Made by a program: the position numbers and the translations under genes
Notes under the pieces: model-generated
What the model was told of the DNA's origin: nothing
The model's database searches: none
Seen by the model: only the letters and a program-made list of their open reading frames with translations
Source of the DNA: Paragordius varius
Taxonomy: Eukaryota > Animalia > Nematomorpha
Direction of reading: 5' to 3'
DNA: 64,000 nt
NCBI GenBank assembly: GCA_964247055.1
Contig: OZ176054.1
Location: forward strand, 7,564,001-7,628,000
Shown here: positions 43,232 through 55,200 of the stretch, piece by piece
Layout of the letters: each line of letters begins with the position of its first letter
How positions within the stretch are numbered: position 1 is the stretch's first letter

Positions 43232-44152
43232 GAATAAATCGGTTTCGATCTGCACAGATGGCTGTCCCTCTATGATTGGAAACAAAGGATTTATTCCTCT
43301 TTTGAAAAACAAATATAATTTGCAAAATATTTGATCATTTCACTGCTTCCATCAGCAAAACCTGGTTTTGCGTGTAAAAGCTGAATACTCAATTTAGTAA
43401 TTTAAAACGGTTGTGGATATAGTAAACCAGAGTGGCAGAGAATTCTACCACCGTTTATGAAAGCTATCCACAATGAACTTGATGATATTCCTTTGTATAC
43501 CTGTGAGATGGTTAAGCCTTAAATAGATTTTTTGTTTTGAGACATGAATTATTTATAAATGATAACAGAAAGTTTGACGAGGAAATTAATAGAGACAAAT
43601 GGTGGGTTTTATTAGCCTACCTTTGTGACATTACTTATAAACTTAGTATTTTAAATACAAGTCAAGGGACAAAAATAATAACTCAATTTGCTAATGGAGA
43701 TAAATTTAATCATAGACAATTATTTAATTTTATCTAATGAGATGAAATTCAGATTTCAGGAATTAAGAAATATTAAAAATTGCTTAAAACTTGAAAATCC
43801 CTGGCATATTGATATATTTAATATTAAGCAACTTGGGCATTTCGGTTTTGATCAGGTGCTATCATTGAAAAATTCGTTTTTAAAAATGATTCCAATATGG
43901 AGGCTATATTCAAGGAGAATCGTAGAGTAGAAATATATGAGAGTTTTTGCAAGATGTGCCAAATAAATATGAAAATACAAAAAAATTGCTCAAGTTATCC
44001 TAACTGTTTTTCCCTACCCTTACACGTTTGAGACGGCATATTCAAGGATGAAGTATGTCAAGAATAATCGCTTAACCGATGATCATATAAACGACGTATT
44101 AAGATTGGCCTGTCATGAGTCGAAACCAAATTTGTCAAAAATTATTGATTAA
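42529..44152 (+). pseudogene. hAT transposase pseudogene (many stops and frameshifts)
   Basis: Fragments in order: MTSNAEKRKLSNENRIF*REWEEKFF / LICK...YNIERHFTIHH (BED-type finger), ASYVICYIFGKNIKPFTDCQLIKES...LQLSDSTCARRI, ICTDGCPSMIG, FHCFHQQNL, DIPLYT/VRWLS, KWWVLLAYLCDITYKL, and the C-terminal dimerisation-like FETAYSRMKYVKNNRLTDDHINDVLRLA. Confidence 0.92.
43205..43231. repeat. (TA)n microsatellite inside the hAT pseudogene
   Basis: 27-nt perfect TA run. Confidence 0.95.
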
Positions 44153-44318
44153 TATCAAAATAAATGTTGTTATCAAAATATTTTAATTTTTTAAATTAAA
44201 TGGTGCCAAACGAGTTTTTAGCTGGATCACATCCGCAAAAATATTATTGTGCCGATTTAAAGCATTAATAAGTGCATATGTGTCAAATAGCTATATGATA
44301 TTTGCCATTATAAAGTTC

Positions 44319-45730
44319 TTACTTTTTTTCCATTTCCTATTGTACTAATGTACAATTTATACATGTCCTTGAAATATTGTCTTTTTATTTTCTTTTTTAT
44401 AATCATGTTTATCCTTATAAGAACATCTATCTAGATTTGCAGTGTAATTCCTAAATTATTGAAAAATATGTGCAATAAATATTGTGTTATTTATTAATTC
44501 TATAATAATATAATAATTGACTAAGTTTTGGTTTATTTTAGTTTTATAGTTTTACCTAAATTCTGTTAAAGGAAACCCTATATATGTTAAAAGTGAAAAA
44601 AGTAAATTCATAAATAACTTGGTTTAGCTGCTGCATATCATATTGGGATTATAAAATGTATTTGCACATTTTGTCATAAATAATAAATAAAGTTGTGGGG
44701 ACTAGCAATTTATGGTGTTATTGGGCTGAATTCGAAAATACAGATATCAAATCATCCATATAAGCTTGAACAAAACAAATGAATTTTTTAACTTATATAA
44801 AGATTCGATGCTGCCTGCGAATCAAAACCAACAAGCAGCGTGCCGTTTAAAAATAACTTGGTTTAACAAAAAATTAAGAATTTTTAAAAATTATTTAATT
44901 AACGCATCTATTTTTAAATACGATAGAAACTAATTAATCAATTTATGGGGCCATAATATTTTTTTACCGATTGCCATGAAATGCATCCAGAAATTTTTTA
45001 TTTGGAGAAAATCAAATCTCCCTAATTTGAATATGGTAAATAGATCCAAATTGGTGGTTAAGTATCCAAAATTCATCGAAAAACTTTAAAATATTTCTAA
45101 ACTCATTTCTTAAAACTTGATGTTTTGAGTAATAATGCTTTTAATTCGGCAAAAAATGTATTTTTATGAATTCACCTTTAAGTGAAAATCTTATTATAAA
45201 TATACGTGATGGATAGTAAATCATTTTATTTTTATGATTTGCCTTGACGCGTAAATGATTAGTGCTGGATAAAAAACTACAAATTAATGCAAATTAGTTA
45301 ATAATAAGTCACTACCGGGTTGCCATGCGATCGATTTATTAAAGCGAATAATGATCATTAGTTTTTTTCATTATAGTTCATATATTGAAATCCGTTGATA
45401 TAGAATTGTATGCTTAAAATAGATGCAAATAACAGAAATTCGAAGATTATTCCAAATTAATTATATTGGGAAAATGGCATTTTAAAACTAGCTATGTTGA
45501 GGCGCATGTTTAGGTATCTTAAAGCATTCATAAAATGTTGTAAAAACATTTTTTTTCATTCGAAGACGCTAATAATATTTCCTGCCTAAGAATTTTTTGT
45601 TTTAGATGTTGGCCAAATTTTACTTAAATATAAATAGTATTCCATACATTATATGCTGATATTAGAAAAATCACCGGCATCGAATTTGTAGTAGTTTTTA
45701 CAGAATAAAATGTTTGTAAAAGCTTTAAGC
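44319..45730. repeat. Direct duplication, copy 2 (1,412 bp)
   Basis: Same sequence as 40,612-42,023. It is followed by unique sequence (ACTCTTTGG) instead of the hAT end. Confidence 0.95.
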
Positions 45731-46018
45731 ACTCTTTGGTTTGATCAATATGTTATATCCAAAAAATTCTAATTGTCTAAATCCCAAAATCTGTTCTTAT
45801 CCTAAAAATTAAAGCAAGATGCGCATTTAATTTTTCATATATGCTAAAAAATCAAAAACTAGCGGCATGCATTATAATGTCTCATAATTACATTTTAAAA
45901 ATATGAACATTCTCAAAAGTTTTTTGATTGTTGAAAGGGTGGATATATAACTGTCACGAAAACGACCCAAAGTTATTGCAGTGTATTCATTGATTATTTA
46001 TAAATACATTCCAATATA

Positions 46019-47166
46019 CAGTAAATGTTAATTTTTAATATCAAGAATCTTTTTTTTAATCCATGTGGCATTTTTTTATCCTTTTAAAAGTTGTTTTACA
46101 AGCATATAAAAAATAACACTTACATATATATTTAAATGTACTTACATGTCCCTTTTCGGTACACATATATGAGAGATATATTAACATTGCAATATGTTCC
46201 CCTTTTTGCTACATATCTCATTATAGAAATGGTAACATTGCATATGTGTTGTGCCTACTTCATTAAATAATTATTTAGGTTTTATATATAATTTTTTTTA
46301 TAAAAAATTAAGTTTATAATAATTAATTAAAAAATATTTCAGAAAAGACTATAAATATATTTGAAATTAACATATAAATCGCTTATGTGCGTAATAAAGC
46401 TTGTATTATACAAATTTAAATATTGATTTGATTTTGCTGACTTTTTTTGAAAACACTATATCACCTAAAATTAATTAAACTGAGAAATGTCACGAAAAAT
46501 GGTAAAATAATACCATTTATAATTAATTATTTTACAAGTGGTAATTTATGACAATTTTTTTGGTGTACTCATAATACTAAAGAAAATGAATGTGCTGAAT
46601 ATTTTCAAGAATTTGAGTTAAGTTTTCAATCAATTCTTCCACATTGAAATGGCATCTTTCCTGACTTTTTTTGATCTCTGGAGTTTGGGTTATTAATGTG
46701 CTATAATTTAAATCTAATGTTGATGGCAAACTTTCATCTATACTATCTTCTTCACAAAAACTATACATTTATTCTAAATTTCTTTTTGACAAAATAATAA
46801 AAACTTAATATTTTTTATAAAAAAAATATATTAACTTATAAATTAAAAATCAAAGTATGCACAACACATAACATACTGATTAATACCTAATTTTATAAAA
46901 AATATTATCTCAAACCTAAATATTTATCAAAGTAGGCAAAACACATATGCAATGTTACCATTTCTCAAATAAGAAATGTAGCGAGAAGAGGAACATATTG
47001 CATATATATCTCTTATATATGTGTACCGAAAAGGGACATGTAAGTACATTTAAATATATATGTAAGTGTTATTTTTTATATGCTTGTTAAACAACTTTTA
47101 AAAGGATAAAAAAATGCCACATGGATTAAAAAAAAAATTCTTGATATTAAAAAATAACAATTACTG
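46019..47166. mobile_element. Foldback / non-autonomous Tc1-mariner-superfamily element with ~290-bp inverted arms
   Basis: TA|CAGTAAATGTTAATTTTTAATATCAAGAAT at the left end and ATTCTTGATATTAAAAAATAACAATTACTG|TA at the right end. The arms ~46,019-46,312 and ~46,888-47,166 are near-complementary, and each carries two ~50-bp subrepeats. TA flanks both ends. Confidence 0.85.
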
Positions 47167-47692
47167 TAATTAAACTATATTGTGAATATATCACCCAAGT
47201 GTGAAAATAATATAGTATATATGTGTGTGTAAAAATTTATTCCGCGTATAGTAATTATAAATCATATACCAAAAATATAATTAGTAATCCTATGTAATAC
47301 CATGTAGTAAGATATATTTATCATAGTGAATTAACATTATTATGTAAATTTTTTATTAATTATATAAAATTTAACTAAATCTAATCTATCAAATATACAT
47401 TTCATCAATCAATTAAAATGAAATCTGTTAAACAGATATATAATCTCTCATAGTTGTTTAAAAGCGTTGTGTTAAATATTTAGGCAAAATATAATCACAT
47501 GTCTACATGATTTTTTGGGAAAATTAATATTTGAGCTTCCAATAATGTAAAATTTTTACAAATATATCATATAACAAAATTACAATAAGCTTTGATCTGC
47601 ATCATAAATACATCTTGATTCTGTAGAATTTTCTTTTAAATATAATGGCTAATACAAAGAATAGTCACCGTAATAATATTAGTTCAATAAAA

Positions 47693-47698
47693 TTTATT
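47693..47698 (-). other. Candidate polyadenylation signal (AATAAA) of the TCF gene
   Basis: First AATAAA on the - strand downstream of the TCF stop codon at 48,286. No ATTAAA was seen before it. Confidence 0.4.
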
Positions 47699-47703
47699 AT
47701 ATA

Positions 47704-47890
47704 CAGTATGAGTAAGTTTACATTGCTAGAAAGTTATTAGGTATTGCCAAATAGCATATACAACAAAGGGCAGTATTATTGGCTTATAGTTATTTTTTTC
47801 AATTTCTTCTATTATTAGCCAATAATAATTCTCTTTGCTGCATATGCTATCGGCAATAATTAAATACTTTCTAGCAATACATACTTACTG
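47704..47890. mobile_element. MITE, 187 bp, CAGTA termini, TA target duplication
   Basis: The left arm TA|CAGTATGAGTAAG...ATTGCTAGAAAGT...ATAGCATATACAACAAAG...TATTATTGGCT is complementary to the right arm AGCCAATAATA...CTTTGCTGCATATGCTAT...ACTTTCTAGCAAT...CTTACTG|TA. Confidence 0.85.
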
Positions 47891-48285
47891 TATTTGTTAA
47901 ATATCACACATTCTTGTTCAAAATAACACGTAATATTTGGGCAAGCTAACACAAATACTACTTTTCAAAATAAAATCTTAATATTTCACCATGTTGGAAG
48001 AAATCATTTTATAAGACCATGGATAAGATGACCTTAATAAAGTTATGTTGATCAAAATGCAATAATTTACAATGTTAATAAGCTTAAAACTGTATTGGCT
48101 ACAGAAGATTTATAATAATGTGTGAATCAAAGGTATATATGATAAAATATATAAACGAATATAGGTCTATTGTATTTACAATGTAAAACATAGGCAATCA
48201 ATCCTCTAACGGATGGTAATTACCAAATCTATAATAGTAGGATTAAACAAAAATCGAATTAGCAAGAGTATACAAGCATATATGA

Positions 48286-51200
48286 TTAAAAAATTCGTGT
48301 TGGTTTAAATGGACTTGATTGTAGGGTTGTTATGAGATTGGTGGTAGAATATATGGAAGCCATATCTGGTTTTTCCATTTCGCATTTAGTCGTCGTCATA
48401 TTGGGAGATTGTAATTGTTGGGGCTTAGCATTTCCAGCAGTCTTTTTAAGTGCTTCTTCTTTCATCATATCATCAATGATTTGTTCAGGATTATGTTCAG
48501 TGTCGTAAAAAGGTTCACCGTTTTCACCCTCACCATTTTCTTCCGGAAATTCAGTTGCGGCGCTATCATTTACACTATTGACATAGTTCTTTGGAGGTAT
48601 TTGATGTGGTGCCTGGTGTTTATATTTCATCATTCTACCACCAGAAGAGGATAACAATGTTGGTTCAGCACCTTTGTTCTGCTTATGAGACATTGGTCCT
48701 CCACCACTATTCATGCTACCTAGTTGTCTAAATGACGCATGTATTTTCCCAACTTTGGTTTCGAGTCCTGCACTATTCTCGTCAAAATCATCGGATGGGA
48801 TATCGTCTTCAAACATATAGCACCGTAAATCATCATCGTCGGGGTGTCGTTTTTTCTTGATGTGCGGATAACTTTCAGATAAAGTTGGTGCTGTAAGTTG
48901 ATGTATAGAGTTAGCATCTCTATACATATTGTGACTCTTTTGTAGCATTCGTTGATATTTTGTCCAAGCCGTTGAATGCGTTTTTGTGTTGGTTGTTGGA
49001 TACGACATAATATCAGCACCAGTTATTTCTTCCTTATACACTTTGATGTGATGTGCTGAAGAATTGCTACTTCCCCCAGCCGAATTCGGATTTTCTCGAG
49101 ACAATGGTCGCAAATCGGAGCTAGAATCTGGTGGTTGAAGGGGTGAATTTAAATTTTGTGATTCCTTGGTGGCTTGTAAAACATTGTTGATACTGCTATT
49201 ACTAGCTATTACACCATTGTTGGAAATAGTATGGGAATTAGGTAAATCTATTGTTTTAGGTTTAACGTTTTGCGTTGTAGAGGAATGAAGAGTGGTATCA
49301 TTATTTGGGTTCTCGGCTCTAGAACAATCCTGTGATGATTTCACAGCCTTTTGGTGTTGATGATGGCTTTTACGTTTACTGTGTCCAGTTCCACTATTCA
49401 TGCCAGAGTTCCGATTTCCTCTTTTAATGGAAGCAGACGAGGCATCAGCACTTTTTTCTCCATACCCTGGATTGTTGTTAACAGTGTTTCCAAGTGGCTG
49501 AAAATTAGGGGGAGGTAAAACGGCCGAAGCCGCTCTCGCTGCCATCCAATAATTATAAAAGTATAAATCGGTCATCAACGGGTTCAAAGGATTACTCCCC
49601 GCTGCCAAAGCCGCAGCAGGGTTCATGAATGGAGAAGACATGGCCAACATGGTGGTGTAATCGGCAAATGGCGAATTGGGAAAACCACCAGTATTAACAT
49701 GTGGTCTGTTGCCTTTATTTTCCGTGTGATTTAACGCAGACATATATTGTTGTTGATAATACAAATTATTGCTATTACTATGATTTGTATTTCTTTTGTT
49801 AGTGGTTTCACTATCGCCGGTATAATGAGATGCTAACAATTTTTTGTGAGATCGTTTTTGATGATGTACATCTCCTTTCTTGTATGGTTGTATCGGATTT
49901 TCGCCTTCCCTTGCACGAAAGAGATCATTGGAATCATTTTTGTTCATGGCATTTCGATCAACGCTTTGCAATGATGTATTGGCGTTATTGTTATCATCGC
50001 TGTTGTCAATACTCGTTGCGTATTCACTATTTTCATTAACAGTTTGGAGTGCTGGATTGTCTCCATTATTACTGTTATTATCAACAATTTGCTGATTCTC
50101 ACATTCTTGAGGAGGAAGGTTTAAACATGATTTATCGGTCGTAGTATCAGTTGAAGTGTTTATAATTTTATGTTCATCATCGGAACAAGTGAGCTCACTA
50201 GACCTACTCCTATTTTCCTCACCTTCCTCAACACCATCAAATGCCGCCATAGTATTACCGTTTTCCTCATTATTAATTATCAAGCCATCCTCCTTATTTA
50301 TGCTATCATGGGAAACTTGATCGTCCGAAGATTGGGACAAGGATTGAAACTTCATGGTGGTTTTTTCAGTTGAAAAAATTTTACTTTTGGCGAATCTTTT
50401 CATCCCATGATTTGGGTTTGACGTAGATGCAGCACCATAATCCAATTCGGCTGTGGCTTGAACATGTAACATTTCATCTGAACTGCTAGCACTATTCGTT
50501 TTATTTAGCATGGTTTTTGTTGTATTATCACAGTTGTTATTAGTGGGAGGATGCTGTGTTTGATTCCAAAAATATTTAAGCATGGCAGAATGATTTTTAT
50601 GTGTATTGTCATTGTTGGGTGGCCAAAATGGATTGTTTGTCATGTTTGATAGTCCAAAATAGTTAGCTAAAGCATTCATTGTTTCTGATGGTTCAGTATT
50701 ATTCACCTCTCTTTGGTAAGATGTTTGTTCATTATCCGAAGAATTCTCCAAAGTACATGGTGGTTCTTTTCCCATGACATCCCTATTAATCTGTAATGGT
50801 GATGTAGATGTAATAATGGCTCCTTTTTGTCTATCATTGTTTTCAGGTTTAGACCTATTACTGATAATGTCATTAGAGTAGGTATGATTTGTCGTAACTT
50901 TCAAATATTTGTGACAATTTATTTTTTCAATCGTCGACCTGCCTAATAGTACTTGTTCGGATGTTTGAGTATCTTGGCTACTATTATTACTGCTATGTTC
51001 GTAGCTGGGAGGAGGTGATTTTCGTTGTTGATCATTCATCACATCTCTTCCAACATTTTGTCGTCCCGCTAATAATAACTGATTTTGTTGTTGTGGCTTA
51101 CCAATCGATAGATCCAAGGTATTTGGTGAAGCTGGTGGCGAAACCGAAAGCGGTGATAGGGGTGACCCGCCATCATTGTCATAATTTGTTATATCTTCAC

Positions 51201-52231
51201 CCGTTTGTTGTGGTTGTTCCTCATTACAGCAATAATTATCGATCTGATTTCCTGCAAAGTAGCTGGATTTATTAGCTGAGCGGGACATGGTGGTAGAAAT
51301 GTGTAATTTACTTTTCTTAGCCGTTGTCACATTGGTCGTTAACGAAGAATTCTTACGTTTATTTCCATTATTGTAATTAGTGGCTGATGTTTTATTATAG
51401 TTATTATTCATTATTCCAGCATTATAGGAATGATTCATAGCGCCAGGTGGTGGTGGTGGTATTGAACAATCATTGACGGCTTTATTAACTGCTGCGGCCC
51501 CAAGCATAGCCAAAAAGTATGGTTGATACAGTGGTGAAAATGGAGAGCCCGGGTAAAATGGATTTCCGGTTCCATTTCCAGGACTTAGATTGTTGTTGCT
51601 ATGCGACGAAGATCCTGAGCCCGGTGGACCAGACCCCAAAAGATTGGTTGAGGGTGTTGTTGGGAGAAACGGTGAAAAATTGTAGGGTGAATAAAGTGGT
51701 CCGAACGGAGAAAATGGTGATGTACCTGGGAATTGGCCAGGAGCTACACCAGCAGCACCCAAACCATAAGAGTTGAAAGGAGAGTTAGTATTATTAATGT
51801 TGTTCGATAGGGATGAACCGTATGGATTAAAAATGTTGTTTTCTTTATTACTATTATTATTATGTTCACGTTTAGAGGAGTTTGTACGCTTATTAACACC
51901 TTCCCCACTACCGCCACCATGGTGTTTAACGTTGCTATGATGATAATGTTTATTTGAGTGATGTTTAGAGTTATGTTGACTATGGCTATTATTATTATTG
52001 TTTGAATTATGAGAATTGATATTTTTGCCGTTGGCTTGAACGCCTAGAGATTGTTTCGCGTTATTTTGTTTTGATACGATCGACGACATAAGGTATGGGC
52101 GATAAGTGAATGTGGTTGGTTCATCATTGTCGGAATATGATAGTTTTAGTTCAGATCGTTGGGCATTTAATTTGTTTTGGGCTTTTGTGCTATCATCTTC
52201 ATCAATAAATTTGATGCATTTTTTCTTCCTC
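48286..52231 (-). CDS. TCF: TCF terminal exon (3,946 nt): end of the C-clamp plus a ~1,310-aa N/S/H-rich low-complexity tail
   Basis: Acceptor TTTTAG|G AGG AAG AAA AAA TGC ATC. The frame is open for 47 codons into the 1,267-aa ORF of the track, so that ORF is not a separate gene. Confidence 0.9.
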
Positions 52232-55200
52232 CTAAAACATGATACAAATAAATTTTATATTAGCTGAAAAATATAATTTATATAAATTTAAAATTTTCAA
52301 GCATATTTTAATTCTATTTTTGCGATTTAGCGTTTTCTGTAACCTAATGCAAACTTATAAAAATAGTTTTGAATGACGAGGTATACCATATTTTAACCGT
52401 CAAAATCTAATAGTTTTCAACCCATTTGAATTGCATAGATCAATGTTATTCTTTATAATAGTTCCATTTTATAATTGGAGACCAAAGGTTATATAGGATT
52501 TTAATTGGAGAAACAAGTTATTGTTCGCTTTTTTTTGTTGAATTTTGAAATAGTATACTATTTTTCAATTAACGCAACATTTTTTCATTCAAACGCTACA
52601 TTTTTATGCAAACACAACATTTATAGTTCTGGTTGGAAAGTATTGCGTTTGGCGAAAGAGTGTTGCTTTTGGCTGAAAAAATGATATACTACATAATTGT
52701 ATATTGAATTTGTAGTTTTTCATATAACCAGTCCAATATAGATTTTTATTATGATTTAAAAAAATCAAGTCCATTTTTATCCAAGAATATAATATATTTA
52801 ATGTATGGTGGTCATTTACAGTAAAGATTCTTATTCATGAGCATTTTACAAGCCAACACCAAAAAAGTTAAACTTGCCTTCATATATTAATTTCTCTATT
52901 AACCAATTTATAGTCATAAAATACGGATGTTAATAATTACCGCTGAAATTTTTTCAATTTTTTTTATTGTTTTTAATTTGATTAAATTAATTCATAGAGC
53001 TATATTAAAAAGCAACTAACTCTGCATGCATTATTTCTTGACTGTATAATTTGAAATGACCCAATGTTATTCCTAGGTTTTCTAATTACAAAAAGTAATC
53101 ACAAGCATGTTTTAATAGATGTATAGTTTAAACTGTGCAGTGAAACATGCAAAATAAAAATGTAGGCGTTATAAGAATAACAATAAAAACACCTGACTGT
53201 AAGCAGACATACAGCATTTAACACAAACATTTTAAGTTTTAAATTACCGAGGAATAATACCTGCAGGGTTTGCACCAGCTACTTAGGTGGTCGATCCCGA
53301 AACGTGCCCGACACTTTTTGGAAGCAGAAATCTCTATGATTAATTAAATTATATCTAATATAAAGTCTCCAAATAAATTTTTATAAATCAGGTATGAAAG
53401 ATAGTTTTTGTTAAACATTCTATTAATCATGAAAAATGGATTGGCTCAAAATGTTTTGAGTAAATTTTTACCTGTGGGAAAATGATGATGTGGATTTGGG
53501 TATGGTGGTCCGTTATACAATCGGTTTGGATCATTCATTAACCCTGACGTATGTTTTGGGGCTTTTGAAGGGTGATATCCAGTATTAGGATTTGCTATTT
53601 TATTAAAATTTAGCCCATTGTTGTTCATATTGTTACTAGTGTTACTATAATTTGCGTTTTTATTATGGCCCGAGCCATTATCATTTGTAACCATCGAGTT
53701 TTCAATAGGTGGATTAGTAGATGTGTAAATATTTTCTGTCGTTTGAGGCGTTGAAAGTGAAAGATTATTAGACGATACCTCTCTATTTTTTGCAACATAT
53801 TCATGGGCATTAGCTTGATTAGATTGACAATGTGAAATTTTGGTTTCATGAATCGAATTCGGTGTTGCGTTTGGTGATATACACGTTATCGAATTTTTAT
53901 AATTGCTAGATTGAGTTTGCACAAAGTCACTGGAATTTGTCGTCGAAAAATTTGAAGTTATATTAGTTGTGTTAATGGAATTTTTTTCATCCTTTTTTAA
54001 ACTACGAATCTTATTGATTTCATGATCTTCTCTATTGCTCCCCATACTCGATGATACCTGATTATGATCAGTTAAAACTTTATAATTAAATGTTGACTCA
54101 TCGTTGCCACGAAATCCACTATCTCTTGTCTCAAAATTATTGTTGGTACTATTGTTCCTATTTATGTTGGGGTTATCTTTCGTTATACCGCTTGATTCTG
54201 AAATTTTTGTACTGGCATCCGTATCGTGTTCATTGGGTAGACTGGAATCACTAACATTCAAATTCATATTCATGTGAGTTAAATTTGAAGTATTTGGTTG
54301 TTGTATGTTCCCCCCTCCTCCTCCTAATGTTAAGGAGGAACGCTTTTTTTGGTGTTTCCGTTTTATTTTGTTAGCATGATTGGTGTAATTATCACGGGCC
54401 GACCAACCGGGGTAAAGTTGCATATGAATTTGACGCTCTTTCCTAGCCAGCTCATAGTATTTGGCTTGTTCATCGCGTGTTAAACCGTGCCACTATTTTA
54501 TGAAAAAAAAAACAATGATAAATTCGAGCGTGTATTCAATAAAATATAATTAATGACTGTATAAAAGGGCTTGCTTGTTATTTAATATATACAATTTTTC
54601 TAGTTTTTTGCCAATTGGATAGACTTTTTTCAATTTTAAAAATATCAATTTTCCAAAGATTTTGTGACAATATTTTGCAAATTATAAATTTCCAAAATTT
54701 TTCGCGGGACCGCGTTGAACACTTTTGGTTTAAAGTAAAAAATGTCTTTTTATGTTTTAATCGTCAATTTTTTAGATGTTTCCAAAAAAGAACCCGAAAG
54801 CGTTATTTCAAAGATTAATTGTTGGCATTTTGTAGTCTTATGTTTAAAATTTAATAAATTATTTATGAATGTCCATATATATTTCGAATGCGGGCCCGCG
54901 TAGCCATTTGTTTTGGACACTACGGGTTAAAACAAAATCAACAGATAAAAAATAACGTCCTTGCATATTTTATTAATGGCATAACTTTGATATTCATCAT
55001 ATGTTAGTTTAAATTTTTATAATATATTTAAAGTTTCTTAAAACTATTATAAACACATTTTTTTGTTTAATTAAAAGGTAACCAAATTCATTATAAGTGA
55101 GGTTACCTTTCTCCCCAACAATTGATTAATGGCTGAGCTTTCTTTCAGTGTACATTCTTCCATGACTTTAGCACGATGTTCCTTCATAAAGAGCATGAAA

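Larger units (their letters stand above)
42024..44318 (+). mobile_element. hAT (Charlie/SPIN-like, GTF2IRD2/ZBED-type) DNA transposon, decayed, 3' terminus missing
   Basis: The 5' end CAGTGATACTCAAACCGCGGCCCGCGGGCCGCATGCGGCCC is typical of this hAT group. No reverse-complement end was found before the second duplication copy starts at 44,319. Confidence 0.9.

Noticed and set aside
43088-43312. ORFs containing IYIYIY (43088 -, 63318 +) and other short AT-rich ORFs (54615, 57857, 59902, 60146)
   Set aside because: They are microsatellite read-through, antisense or off-frame pieces of the decayed transposases, or chance ORFs.
48415-51776. + strand and alternative-frame ORFs overlapping the TCF terminal exon (48415, 48720, 49830, 49880, 50170, 50961, 51519); also 53625 and 55129
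   Set aside because: They are short shadow frames of a long low-complexity coding exon, with no recognisable motifs.
48286-52089. The 1,267-aa ORF as a stand-alone gene
   Set aside because: Its frame extends 47 codons upstream to a splice acceptor encoding RRKKKC, the second half of the TCF C-clamp.
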